Shown here piece by piece: positions 1 to 9,546 of a stretch of DNA of 64,000 nt. Positions within the stretch are counted from its first letter, which is position 1. Each line of letters starts with the position of its first letter. The notes beneath the pieces are model-generated. The model saw only the letters and a program-made list of their open reading frames with translations, ran no database searches and was not told the origin of the DNA. A program made the translations under genes and the position numbers. Location of the stretch: the NCBI GenBank assembly GCA_963734175.1, contig CAVTGC010000005.1:6329-70328 (forward strand), given 5' to 3'. This stretch comes from an uncultured Candidatus Rokubacteria bacterium (lineage in GTDB: Bacteria; Methylomirabilota; Methylomirabilia; Rokubacteriales; CSP1-6).

Positions 1-687
1 AGGCGCAGGCCGACGCCACGCGGCCCATTCGCGCCGGTGCCGAACGGCTTCCGACGGATGGACCTGCTGACCAACGAAGGCCGCTCCTGGTATCAAGGCG
101 TGCGCATCGCCGTCCAGCATCGGACCGACGCCGCTCATCCTCACGGCGTCCTACACGCTATCGAAGTCGGAGGATCGGTTGAATCACTGGTTCTCGCCGG
201 AAGACAGCTCCGATCCCGAGCTCGATCGCGGCCCGACCGGCGCCGACACGCCGCACAATCTGGTGACCAGCGTCACGTGGAATGTGCCGGGCAGCGGCCC
301 GGTCCTGAGCGGCTGGCGGCTCAGCTCGGTGTCGCATCACCAGAGCGGGACGCCCTATACGATCCGCTACGCCGGCGATCCGACCGGCGGTGGATTGACC
401 GGCGGCTGCAGCAACCGCGGATGCCAGTCGAGCCAGCCCGGCGGACGCAACACGGAACGCGGCAAGTTCATCAACTACGCCGACATGACGCTGCGCGCGA
501 ACGTTCGCCGTTGGACCCGACAAGATCGAGATTCGCGCCGACATGTTCAACGCGTTCAACAACCAGAACCTGCTCGCGGGCGGCTATCATCGGCCTGGTC
601 GGAAACCCGAGGTTCGGCCAGCACGCGGGTGGCGCAAACGTCTTTCCCGGGCGGCAGTTCCAGTTCGCGGCGACGTATCGATTCTGA
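1..687 (+). CDS. TonB-dependent receptor (Oar-like outer-membrane beta-barrel), 3' part only, frameshifted
   Basis: Pieces in three frames join to ...LTNEGRSWYQGVRIAVQHR / TPLILTASYTLSKSEDRLNHWFSPEDSSDPELDRGPTGADTPHNLVTSVTW...SGTPYTI / MFNAFNNQN / ...GRQFQFAATYRF-stop. The C-terminal aromatic barrel signature and FNxFN motif are typical of Oar-type TBDRs. Shifts near 127, 535 and 590. Confidence 0.75.
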   Translation, partial: RRRPTPRGPFAPVPNGFRRMDLLTNEGRSWYQGVRIAVQHRTDAAHPHGVLHAIEVGGSVESLVLAGRQLRSRARSRPDRRRHAAQSGDQRHVECAGQRPGPERLAAQLGVASPERDALYDPLRRRSDRRWIDRRLQQPRMPVEPARRTQHGTRQVHQLRRHDAARERSPLDPTRSRFAPTCSTRSTTRTCSRAAIIGLVGNPRFGQHAGGANVFPGRQFQFAATYRF

Positions 688-797
688 CGATGGTCGCCAC
701 GGCATCGCAGGACTCGACCACGGCTCCGGCAGGAGGTCGAAGCCGATCGACCGATCGCCGTCAGAGCCGCGCAGATCGCGGTGGCTGCGGGTCGGTC

Positions 798-1440
798 ATG
801 ACTCGAGCACTGCAGATGTTCGCTGATCCTGCACTGCCGTGGCGGCTTGCGGTATCGCCACGATCGTCGACGCCACGCCCGTGCGGGCAGCCGCGCCGGT
901 GCGCGTTCGCGTGCAGACCGAGCTGGGCGACATCGTCGTCGAGGTCGATCAGGCGCGCGCGCCGATCACGTCGGCCAACTTTCTGAAGTATGTCGATGCC
1001 GGGCACTACGACGGCGGACGTTGGCATCGCACCGTCAAGATGGACAACCAGCCGGAGAGCACCATCAAGATCGAAGTGATCCAGGCGGGCGTGAATCCCG
1101 AGCAGGCGCAAAGAGGGTTTCCGGCGATCACGCTCGAGCGGACCAACGTCACCGGCATCACTGCACAAGGACGGCGTCGTGTCGATGGCGCGCGGCATGC
1201 CCGACAGCGCGACGTCCGGCTGGTTCATCTGCATCAACGATCAGCCGTCGCTCGATTTCGGCGGCAGCGCAATCCCGACGGCCAGGGATTTGCCGCCTTC
1301 GGACGCGTCGTCTCCGGCATGGACGTCGTGCGGAAGATTCAGATGGCGCCCTCGTCCAGCCGACCGAAAGACGAACACCGAGGCGCAGCGCCTGACGCCG
1401 CCGATCAAGATCGTGAAGAGTGGCACGGGTAATGAAGTAG
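798..1440 (+). CDS. Cyclophilin-type peptidyl-prolyl cis-trans isomerase (secreted), frameshifted
   Basis: TELGDIVVEVDQARAPITSANFLKYVD.G.YDGG.WHRTV, then VVSMAR..PDSATSGWFICINDQPSLDFGG, then NPDGQGFAAFGRVVSGMDVVRKI, distributed over several frames (shifts near 830, 1163, 1265, 1370, 1420). Probable end IVKVARVMK-TAG at 1440. Confidence 0.8.
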
Positions 1441-1450
1441 GACCCCTTCG

Positions 1451-1531
1451 GGTGGGACCGCTCACTATGTTCGCGGTGGGACCGGCTCGCTTTCGCTCGC
1501 CGGTAGGGGGCTCGCCGTCCGGCTCGCCTTC
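1451..1531. repeat. REP/BIME-like cluster of three intergenic hairpins
   Basis: GGTGGGACCG direct repeat at 1451 and 1475. Stems ACCGC/GCGGT (1457-1477), ACCGGC/GCCGGT (1481-1504) and GGGGGC/GCCTTC (1506-1531), with recurring GCTCGC-like loop motifs. Confidence 0.45.
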
Positions 1532-1550
1532 AGAAATCCGCCGAACCTGG

Positions 1551-1952
1551 TTGGTCTTTTTCGTCCTTCTGTCCTCAATTGGCTGTCAGTCTGGACCCAC
1601 CTCGGTGAGTCCCCCGCCGGCCACAACCTCGCCTGCGGTTGCCCTGTATCCTCAGCCGATCGGTTCGTCGTTTACGGCCCGCGAGCGCCCTAGATCGCAC
1701 ACGTGAAGCCGATCGATTTGGACGGCGACGGCCTCATGGACGTGATCGCCTGCGACGTCCTCCAGCACCGCGTCGTCTGGATTCGACAGTCGCCGAGCGG
1801 GACCTTTACGGAAACGGCGATCGGCGACACCGTGCTGGCGCCGGCACATACCGAGGTGGCAGATCTCGATGGTGATGGGGATCTCGATGTCATGGTCGCC
1901 AGCCTGGGCGTGCTCTTTCCGAGCAACGCGAAAATCGGCGCTGTGATCGTGC
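1551..1952 (+). pseudogene. FG-GAP/VCBS repeat lipoprotein, N-terminal fragment truncated at ~1952
   Basis: Hydrophobic stretch plus lipobox LSSIGC, then (shift ~1695) DLDGDGLMDVIACD and ADLDGDGDLDVMVASLG repeats. The sequence stops resembling the family after KIGAVIV. Confidence 0.7.
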
Positions 1953-3507
1953 GCCCATGCCGCCGGCCCGCCGGCGCCCGCCCCCGGCAAGCCGGGCGGC
2001 GTCTTGAATCTGCTGCAGCGCGAGGAGACCTCGCACCGGGTTCGCCATCCACGGACCGCGACCATCGCCACCGTGTGGCCGGCCTCGCCGTGCTTCAACA
2101 ACCTGGTGGTCTTCGATCCGTTCAAGCCGCGTGAGACGGCGGACTCGATCGTCGGGAGCTGGCCGAGCGCTGGTCGTGGCAGGACGGCTACCGCAACCTG
2201 GTCTTCTTCCTGCGCCGCGACGTGCGCTGGCACGACGGCCAGCCGTTCACCTCGAAGGACGTGAAGTACACATTCGACCTGGTGCGGGAGGCGCCCGAGC
2301 AGCCGGCCCGCCTGCGCCTGAACCCCCGCAAGGACTGGTACGCCAACGTCGAGGCCATCGAGGCCCCCGACCCGACCACGGTCGTGTTCCGGCTCAAGAA
2401 GCCGCAGCCGTCGATCCTGATCATGCTGGCCTCGGGCCAGTCGCCGGTCTATCCCGCCCACATCCCGTCCGCCGAGATGCGCAGCCGCTGCGTCGGCACC
2501 GGGCCGTTCAAGCTCAAGGAGTGGCGGCGCGGCGAGCTGATCGAGTACGTCCGCAACCCCGACTATTTCGAGAAGGGCCGCCCGTACCTCGACGGCCTGC
2601 GCTACTACATCGTGGCCGATCGCGGCCGCCAGGCCAGCGCGCTGCAGGCCGGACGGGTCGACGTCTCGTTTCCCGGCGACACCACGCGGCCGATCGCCGA
2701 CCAGCTGCGGGCGCGGTGCCGGGGCTGGTCATCACCGAGGTCGCCAACAACACCTCGCCCAACCTGCTCGTGAACATGACGCGACCGCCGTTCGCCGACG
2801 TTCGCGTGCGGCTGGCCGTCAGCCACGCGATGGACCGGCGCGCGTTCATCCAGGCCGTGCGCCAGGGCGCCGGCGTCCTCGGCGCCGGCATGCTGTCGCC
2901 GCCGCGCGGGAGCTGGGGCCTCGGCGGGCCCGAGCTGGAGCGGCTGCCCGGCTACGGCAAGGTGGCCGACGAGCGGGCCAAGGCCAAGCGACTGCTGGCC
3001 GAGGCGGGCTTCACCGCCGCCAACCCGCTCAAGCTCGAGATCACCACCCGGGCCATCGCGTCCTACCTCGACTTCTCGGCGTTCGTCGTCAGCGAGCTCA
3101 AGCGGGTGGGCGTGGAGGCCACGCTCAAGCAGGTGGACACGGTGCAGTGGTACTCGGTCACCACCCGCAAGGAGTTCCAGCTCGGCGCCAACGTGAGCGG
3201 CTTCGGCATCGACGACCCCGACGCGATCTTCTACGAGAACTACGGCTGCGGCTCCATCCGCAACTACACGGGCTACTGCAACGAGCTGGTGACCAGGCTC
3301 ATCGACCAGCAGTCGCAGGAGCTCGACCCCAAGAAGCGGGCCGCGCTGGTGCGCCAGATCCTGATCAAGCTGGAGGAGGACGGCGCCCGGCCCACCATGG
3401 GGTGGTCGCTCGACGCCTTCACCCACTGGCCCCACGTCCGCAATCTCGTGCCCCACCACGGCATCTACAACTGGGGGCGGCTCACGCACGTCTGGCTCGA
3501 CCGGTAG
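1953..3507 (+). CDS. ABC transporter substrate-binding protein, family 5 (DppA/OppA-like); lacks start and signal peptide, frameshifted
   Basis: AHAAGPPAPAPGKPGGVLNLLQRE...CFNNLVVFDP / ELAERWSWQDGYRNLVFFLRRDVRWHDGQPFTSKDVKYTF...VGTGPFKLKEWRRGELIEYVRNPDYF / ...WGRLTHVWLDR. Shifts near 2025-2055, 2155 and 2712. Confidence 0.85.
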
Positions 3508-3514
3508 CGCCTCT

Positions 3515-3559
3515 AGCGGCGGGCGCGGCGGGGTCCCGCCGGCGCGTCCGCCGGCCGCT
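3515..3559. terminator. Long GC-rich hairpin between convergent genes (possible bidirectional terminator)
   Basis: Nested stems AGCGGC/GCCGCT, GGGCGCG/CGCGTCC and GCGG/CCGC; no clear U-tract. Confidence 0.35.
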
Positions 3560-3618
3560 GTCAGACCGCATGCGGGCTGCGCTCATGGGTAGCAGCGGTG
3601 ATCAGTGCTGCTCAATGG

Positions 3619-4150
3619 TCAGGGCATCCGGGTGGTCGGATCGGATCGCGCCCGGAGCGACGCGATGCGGTCACGGGCGACCACGTCGCGGTTCTGCATG
3701 GCCAGGGCCATCGCCACGTCGAAGGCGCGCTCGGCCACCGCATGATCGCCGAGCGCGGCGAAGGCCTCGCCCGCGCGCGCGACGGCGTGGGCATCCCGGC
3801 GCTCGCGCGCCTGGAACAAGGCCGTGAGGTAGATGCGTCGCGCCCGGGCCACGGCTGCCCGCCGGTCGGTGCCGGTCGCTCCGATCCGAAGATAGGCATG
3901 GCCGACCTCGAGCATGACGTCGGGCTCGCCGTGTCTGCATCGCCGCCTGGTAGGCCTCATCCAACGCCTGCCGGGCGCCGCGCGCGTCGCCGGCGGCGAG
4001 GGCGGCGTCGGCGCGCCGGAGGGCCCCGCGCCCGGCGGCCGTCGGCGAGCGTGTGGCGTCACTGCCGATCAGCGAGGACAGGACCGCCAGGCTGGCGATC
4101 GAGCAGGCGAGCCCATAGGCGGCGATTCGAGCCTGGCCCGCGCGGTTCAT
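3619..4150 (-). CDS. Hypothetical membrane-anchored helical (TPR-like) protein, frameshift ~3935
   Basis: MNRAGQARIAAYGLACSIASLAVLSSLIG (TM segment)...LRRADAALAAGDARGARQALDEAYQAA continues in another frame as DVMLEVGHAYLRIG...AGEAFAALGDHAVAERAF; stop at 3619. Confidence 0.55.
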
Positions 4151-4347
4151 CGCTGCCCATCGGCGTGCTTCTCCAGCTCCATCCGGTACGCGTGCCAGTC
4201 CCGCAGGGCCTGTTCGTAGCGGCCGAGGACCTCGGAGCGCTGCCGGTCGTACCACATCCGATCGATCACGACGCCCGCCAGCATCCCCATCCCGATCAGG
4301 TACGCGCCGAGACCGAGGCTGATCAGCGCCTTCCTCCACGTATTCAC
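4147..4347 (-). CDS. Small hypothetical single-TM protein (66 aa)
   Basis: GGAGG RBS before GTG at 4347; MNTWRKALISLGLGAYLIGMGMLAGVVIDRMWYDRQRSEVLGRYEQALRDWHAYRMELEK; ATGA overlap with the next gene. Confidence 0.65.
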   Translation of the reverse strand: MNTWRKALISLGLGAYLIGMGMLAGVVIDRMWYDRQRSEVLGRYEQALRDWHAYRMELEKHADGQR

Positions 4348-4389
4348 CGCGGACCTCCTGGATGTGTGATCGACGACGCGCAGGAGCAG

Positions 4390-4405
4390 AGCAGGGCGCA
4401 TGCCA
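4390..4405 (-). promoter_or_regulatory. Putative sigma54 (-24/-12) promoter
   Basis: Minus strand TGGCATGCGCCCTGCT = GG-N10-GC, about 45 nt upstream of the GTG at 4347. Confidence 0.5.
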
Positions 4406-4577
4406 CACCTGAATGTCCTGGTTCCGCGAACTTACGAGGGTGGTCAGGTGGTCAGCCGCCGGGCGGTGGTCCGCGGGACCAGCGAAATCGGACCAGGCGA
4501 CGACGGCGGTTCGGTGAAAAAGTCGCCGGGCGGTGGCGGCGGGCTCCGTGCTACCGTTCCGGCCCGGAGGTGCCGCG

Positions 4578-5528
4578 ATGGCTCTCGATCCGCAGGTGAA
4601 GGCCGTGCTCGAGCTGGTCGCCAAGGCGGGGCGCCCCGCCTATCACACGCTCTCGCCCAAGGAGGCGCGCCAGCTCTTCATCGAGACGCGCCCGGCCTCG
4701 ACGCCCACGCCGCCCGAGATCGGCAGCGTGAAGAACGTCGCCGCCGCGGCGCCGCACGGCCCGATCCCGCTGCGTGTCTACCGCCCCGCCGGCGTTGCCG
4801 ATGCGACGCCGCTGCCGGCCTACGTCTACTTCCACGGCGGCGGCTGGGTGATCGGCGACCTGAACACCCACGACGTGCTGTGCCGCCAGCTGACGGCGGC
4901 CTCGGGCGCCAGCGTGGTCTCGGTCGACTATCGCCTGGCGCCGGAGCAGAAGTTCCCGGCGGCCGCCGACGACGCGTGGGCGGCCACGACGTGGGTCGTC
5001 GGCCACGCGGCCGAGCTGGGGCTGGACGCCACCCGGCTGGCGGTCGGCGGCGACAGCGCCGGCGCCAACCTGGCCGCGGTGGTGGCGCTGATGGCGCGCG
5101 ACGCCGGCGGCCCGGCCATCGCGCTGCAGGTCCTGATCTATCCGGTCACCGACGTCTTGCGGGAGACGCGCTCGTACACCGACTTCGCCGACGGGTACAT
5201 GCTCACGCGCGACAGCATGCGCTGGTTCATCGCCCACTACCTGGCCTCGAAGGAGGACGCCCACGACTGGCGGGTGTCACCGCTGCGGGCGCCCTCGCTG
5301 GCCGGGCTGCCGCCGGCGCTGATCATCACCGCCGGCTTCGATCCGCTGCGCGACGAGGGCGAGGCCTACGCGGGACGGCTGCGCGACGCCGGCAACATGG
5401 TCGACTACGTCTGCTACGGCGGCATGGTTCACGGCTTCATGGGCATGGGCAAGCTGCTCGACACCACCGGGCGCGCCATCGCCCACGTCGGCGGCTCGCT
5501 GCGGCAGGCGTTCACGCCGGGCCGCTGA
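4578..5528 (+). CDS. Alpha/beta hydrolase, HSL-family esterase/lipase
   Basis: YFHGGGWV, GDSAGAN, DPLRDEGEAY and HGF motifs; GGAGG RBS. Confidence 0.92.
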   Translation: MALDPQVKAVLELVAKAGRPAYHTLSPKEARQLFIETRPASTPTPPEIGSVKNVAAAAPHGPIPLRVYRPAGVADATPLPAYVYFHGGGWVIGDLNTHDVLCRQLTAASGASVVSVDYRLAPEQKFPAAADDAWAATTWVVGHAAELGLDATRLAVGGDSAGANLAAVVALMARDAGGPAIALQVLIYPVTDVLRETRSYTDFADGYMLTRDSMRWFIAHYLASKEDAHDWRVSPLRAPSLAGLPPALIITAGFDPLRDEGEAYAGRLRDAGNMVDYVCYGGMVHGFMGMGKLLDTTGRAIAHVGGSLRQAFTPGR

Positions 5529-6808
5529 CCGCCCGCGGCACCCGGCCGGCGACGGCGCGCACCCGGCGGGGCGCCGCCCGCCAGATGGCCAGCGACGACA
5601 GCGCGCAGCAGGCGATGCAGATCCAGAACGCCACCGCGTAGCTGCCGGTGGCGTCGTAGAGCGCGCCGGCCACCCAGGGGCCGGCGGCGCCGCCGCCGAT
5701 GGCGGCCAGCATCAGCGTGCCGAAGATGACGCCGTAGTGCCGGCCCTGGAAGATCTCGGCCGGGATGGCGCCGATCACCGAGGTCAGCCCGTAGCCGAGC
5801 ATGCCCTGCGCGAGCACCATCACCCACAGCAGCGCCGGCGTCGGGTGATCGTGCAGCATCAGCAAGGCCAGGTAGCACACCGTGAAGCCGAGGTTGCCGG
5901 CGGTCCACACCCACTCGCGCCCGATCCGATCGGAGACGTGGCCGAGCACGATCTGGCCGGGGATGCCGGCCAGGCTGACGAAGCCGAGCGCCCAGGCCGC
6001 GTAGGTGGGAGTGAAGCCGACCTCGATCAGGTACTTGGTCTGATGCACCTGCACCGCGTACCACGCGAACAGGCCGCACAGGAATCCCAGCGCGAGCCAC
6101 CAGAAGCGCGTCGTGCGCATCGCGCGGGCCAGCGTCCAGTCGATGGCGGCCCAGGCCGGATCGACGACGTTGGCGGCGGGGCCCGTGGCGGCGGCGCCCG
6201 CGGTTCGATCGCCGTCGGGCTCGAGGCCGAGGTCCTCGGGCCGGCGCTTGAGCAGCAGGTTGAGCGGGGCCAGCACGACCACCACCAGGATGCCGAGCGC
6301 GACGCAGGCGGTGCGCCAGCCGGCGCGCCCGATGATGGCCTGGATCGCCGGCAGCAGGATGATCGACCCCACGCCGACGCCGGCGAAGGCCAGGCTCATG
6401 GCGAGGCCGCGGCGGCGCACGAACCAGCTCGGCAGGTAGAGCGACTGGCCGGTGTAGCTCAGGCACACGCTGCCGCCGCCAACCAGCACGCCGAGCGTGG
6501 CGTAGAGATGCCACGGCTGCCGGACCAGCGGCGCCAGCAGCAGGCCGGCCGCCGACCAGGAGCACGCCCATCTCCATGACGAACCGCGGCCCCCGCCGGT
6601 CCATCAATCGGCCAAGCGACGGGCTCAGGACGGCGGAGACGAGGAAGCCGAAGGAGAAGGCCCCGGCCGTCACCCCGCGCTCCCAGCCGAACTCGGCGAG
6701 GATGGGCGGGAACAGCAGCGAGAAGGCGGTGCGCGCGTTGACGCCGAGGCCGGTGGTGACGAAGGCGACGGCCACGATGATCCAGCCGTAGAAGAAGGGC
6801 AGGCGCAC
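5512..6808 (-). CDS. MFS transporter, frameshift ~6548
   Basis: MRLPFFYGWIIVAVAF...GRLMDRRGPR (MFS motif A); C-terminal half in the next frame (GHVSDRIGREW, GALYDATGSY). Confidence 0.85.
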
Positions 6809-6826
6809 GAGCGATCCTCGGAGGAT

Positions 6827-7798
6827 CTAGCGGATCTGATTCGCCGGGGGCTCGCCCCGGGCGGCCCGGGCGATGTTCTCGGCGATGAGAGCGGCGCGCG
6901 CGTCCATCATGCCCTCCGTCCAGCCGGACACGTGCGGCGTCATGAGCACGTTCGGCAGCTCGTGGAAGGGCTGGCGCGCGGGCAACGTCGGCACGGCCTC
7001 GGTCGGATAACGATACCAGACGTCGAGCGCGGCGCCGGCCAGACGCCCCTCGGCCAGAGCCCGGTAGAGCGCGCCCTCGTCGACGATATCGGCGCGGGAG
7101 ACGTTGACGAGCACGGCCGTGGGCTTCATCGCGCGGAGCTGGGCCTCGCCCATCAGCCCGCGCGTCGCCGGCGTGAGGGGCAGCGTGAGCACGAGGTGAT
7201 CGGCGCGCGGGAGCGCCTCGTCCAGGATCTCCGGGCCGCCGAGCAGGTCGAGGTCGTCTCCGGCCGACTGCCCGACATCCCGGCGGATCGCCAGGATCTT
7301 CATGTCGAAGGCGCGGGCGCGGCGGGCGAGCGCCTGGCCGATCCGCCCGTAGCCGACGATCGCGAGCGTCTGGCCCGCCAGCTCCGGCCACAGCGGCGGC
7401 GGCGGGGCGCCCACCGCCCACTGGCTCTGCCACACTCCGCGGCGCAGCGCGGCGTCGAGCCGGCCGAAGTCGCGGGTCAGCGCGAGCATCGCGCCCAGGA
7501 CGTACTCGGCGATCCCGGTCTCGTGGCCGTAGGCATTCGCGAGCCAGGCCCCGGCCGGCAGCGCGGCGCGGTCGATCCGATCGAGGCCGGCGCCGGGGAC
7601 CTGCACGAGCTTGAGCCGGGTGCCGGCGGCCCCCATGGCCGGCGTGAACGCCATGGTGACGAGGACGTCGACCTTGCCGAGGCTCGACACGATCGCCGAC
7701 TCGTCGGCCACGCTCACCTCGCAGGGGACGGCGAGACGGGCGCGGACCCGCGACTCCAGGCTGGCCGAGAAGGTTCCGGCGAAGGCGACGTGGGTCAT
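6827..7798 (-). CDS. D-isomer-specific 2-hydroxyacid dehydrogenase
   Basis: IVGYGRIG, MKPTAVLVNVSRA, GAALDVW and TPHVSG motifs; ATG at 7798 overlaps the stop of the upstream regulator. Confidence 0.9.
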   Translation of the reverse strand: MTHVAFAGTFSASLESRVRARLAVPCEVSVADESAIVSSLGKVDVLVTMAFTPAMGAAGTRLKLVQVPGAGLDRIDRAALPAGAWLANAYGHETGIAEYVLGAMLALTRDFGRLDAALRRGVWQSQWAVGAPPPPLWPELAGQTLAIVGYGRIGQALARRARAFDMKILAIRRDVGQSAGDDLDLLGGPEILDEALPRADHLVLTLPLTPATRGLMGEAQLRAMKPTAVLVNVSRADIVDEGALYRALAEGRLAGAALDVWYRYPTEAVPTLPARQPFHELPNVLMTPHVSGWTEGMMDARAALIAENIARAARGEPPANQIR

Positions 7799-8643
7799 GA
7801 CGGGCTCCCGGCCGCGGCCCAGTCCCGGAAGCTCTGGGCCGTCGCGTCGTCGACGGGGAAGAAGCACTCGATACGGATCTCTTGCAGCGTCACGTCGTGG
7901 GGGGTGCCGAGGGTCGCGAGAGTCGAGAACAGGCGGAGCGAGGTCTCGTCGCGGCGGAAGTGAATGACGAGGACCGGCGCCTGCCGCTCGTCGGGCGGCA
8001 GCACCGTGGACAGGGCGGGGGCGCCAGGCACGGACAGGAGCTGCTCGAGCAGCGCGGCGGTCTCCGGCGTGCCGTCGGCGACGGCGTCGGCCTGCACGCC
8101 CCGGAGGAAATAGAGCACGACCTCTTCCCAGTTCACGATGAAGGGCCGCAGCCCGGCGGGCGAGACCAGCGCCACGGCGAGGTTCACGGGATCCCCGGGC
8201 GGGGCCGGGGCCGCCGGCGCCGGACCCGTGAGGAACTCGGTCAAGCGGACGGCACCGGCATTGGCGCGCAGCAGGTTCCACCGCCGGTCGAGGACGAACG
8301 CCGGGTAGGGCTCCTGCTGGGCCAGCATGTAGTCGAGGGCGCCGTTCACACGGGCCAGCTCCGGGGCCGACAGCTCGCTCTCGCGCCAGGCCGGTGCGTA
8401 GCCGGCGGCCAGGAAGAGCGCGTTCTGCTGACGCAGCGGCAGGTCGAGCGCGGCCGCCAGCCGCAGGATCATCTCGCGGCTGGGCGCGGATCGCCCCGAT
8501 TCCAGGAAGCTGACGTGGCGCTGGGGCGTGTCGGCGGCGGCGGCCAGGGCGAGCTGCGACAGCCCCCGGCGCTCGCGCCACCAGCGCAGCCGGGCGCCGA
8601 AGCCGCCCGCCGCCGCCATCCGGGCTCGCTGTGCGTTCGTCAT
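7795..8643 (-). CDS. XRE-family HTH regulator with MmyB-like ligand-binding domain
   Basis: LRWWRERRGLSQLALA...RHVSFLESGRSAPSREM; PAFVLDRRWNLLRAN; FSTLATLGTPHDVTLQEIRIECFFP. Confidence 0.88.
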   Translation of the reverse strand: MTNAQRARMAAAGGFGARLRWWRERRGLSQLALAAAADTPQRHVSFLESGRSAPSREMILRLAAALDLPLRQQNALFLAAGYAPAWRESELSAPELARVNGALDYMLAQQEPYPAFVLDRRWNLLRANAGAVRLTEFLTGPAPAAPAPPGDPVNLAVALVSPAGLRPFIVNWEEVVLYFLRGVQADAVADGTPETAALLEQLLSVPGAPALSTVLPPDERQAPVLVIHFRRDETSLRLFSTLATLGTPHDVTLQEIRIECFFPVDDATAQSFRDWAAAGSPS

Positions 8644-8712
8644 GCAGCCACCCTGAGCCATCGGGGTGGGGAGATCAATTCCCTGGGAGGGAATGGCGGG
8701 GCGACGGCCTCG

Positions 8713-9546
8713 CTACGCCGCCGTCTGGGGATCGAGCACGTCGCGCAGGCCGTCGCCGAGCAGGTTCAGGCCCAGCACGGTGAGCAGGATCGTCAGCCCC
8801 GGGAAGATCGACACGTGGGGGGCGGTGCGCAGGAAGTCGCGGGCCTTGGCGAGCATCGTGCCCCACTCCGGCGTCGGCGGCTGGGCGCCGAGGCCGAGGA
8901 AGCCGAGGTAGGCGGCCGACAGGATGGCGGTCGCGAACAGCAGCGTCGACTGCACGAGCAGCGGCGGCAGGCAGTTGGGCAGGACGTGGCGGAGCACGAT
9001 GCGCCACTCGCCGGCCCCCGAGGCGCGCGCACCCTCCACGAAGCTCTGGGCCTTCACGCGGAGCACGGCGGCGCGGGTGAGACGCGCGTAGAGCGGCACC
9101 TGGGCCACGCCGATGGCCAGCATCGCGTGGCCGAGGCCGGGGCCGAAGATCGTGATGACGACGATGGCCAGCAGGATGGTCGGGAACGACACCAGCACGT
9201 CGACCGCCCGCATCAGCAGGCGGTCGGTCCAGCCGCCGATCCACGCCGACAGCGCGCCGAGCGGCAGCCCGCCCGCCATGGCCAGGCCGACGGAGACGAA
9301 GCCGATGGTGAGCGAGATGCGGGCGCCCCAGATCGTGCGCGACAGCACGTCGCGGCCGAGGCTGTCGGTGCCGAACGGATGGCCCCACGAGGGGCCCTGG
9401 AGGTTGGAGCCGAGCGCCATCGCCTCCGGGTCGTAGGGCGCGACCCACGGCGCCAGCAGCGCGGCCAGCGCGAAGGTGAGTGCGACGGCGGCGCCGAAGC
9501 GGGCGCCGCCGTGCCGGGCCAGTCGCCGCCAGGCCGGGTTGCTCAC
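8713..9546 (-). CDS. Peptide/nickel ABC permease (DppC-like)
   Basis: HPFGTDSLGRDVLSRTIWGARISL; EAA loop FVEGARASGAG; PPTPEWG. Confidence 0.92.
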   Translation of the reverse strand: MSNPAWRRLARHGGARFGAAVALTFALAALLAPWVAPYDPEAMALGSNLQGPSWGHPFGTDSLGRDVLSRTIWGARISLTIGFVSVGLAMAGGLPLGALSAWIGGWTDRLLMRAVDVLVSFPTILLAIVVITIFGPGLGHAMLAIGVAQVPLYARLTRAAVLRVKAQSFVEGARASGAGEWRIVLRHVLPNCLPPLLVQSTLLFATAILSAAYLGFLGLGAQPPTPEWGTMLAKARDFLRTAPHVSIFPGLTILLTVLGLNLLGDGLRDVLDPQTAA

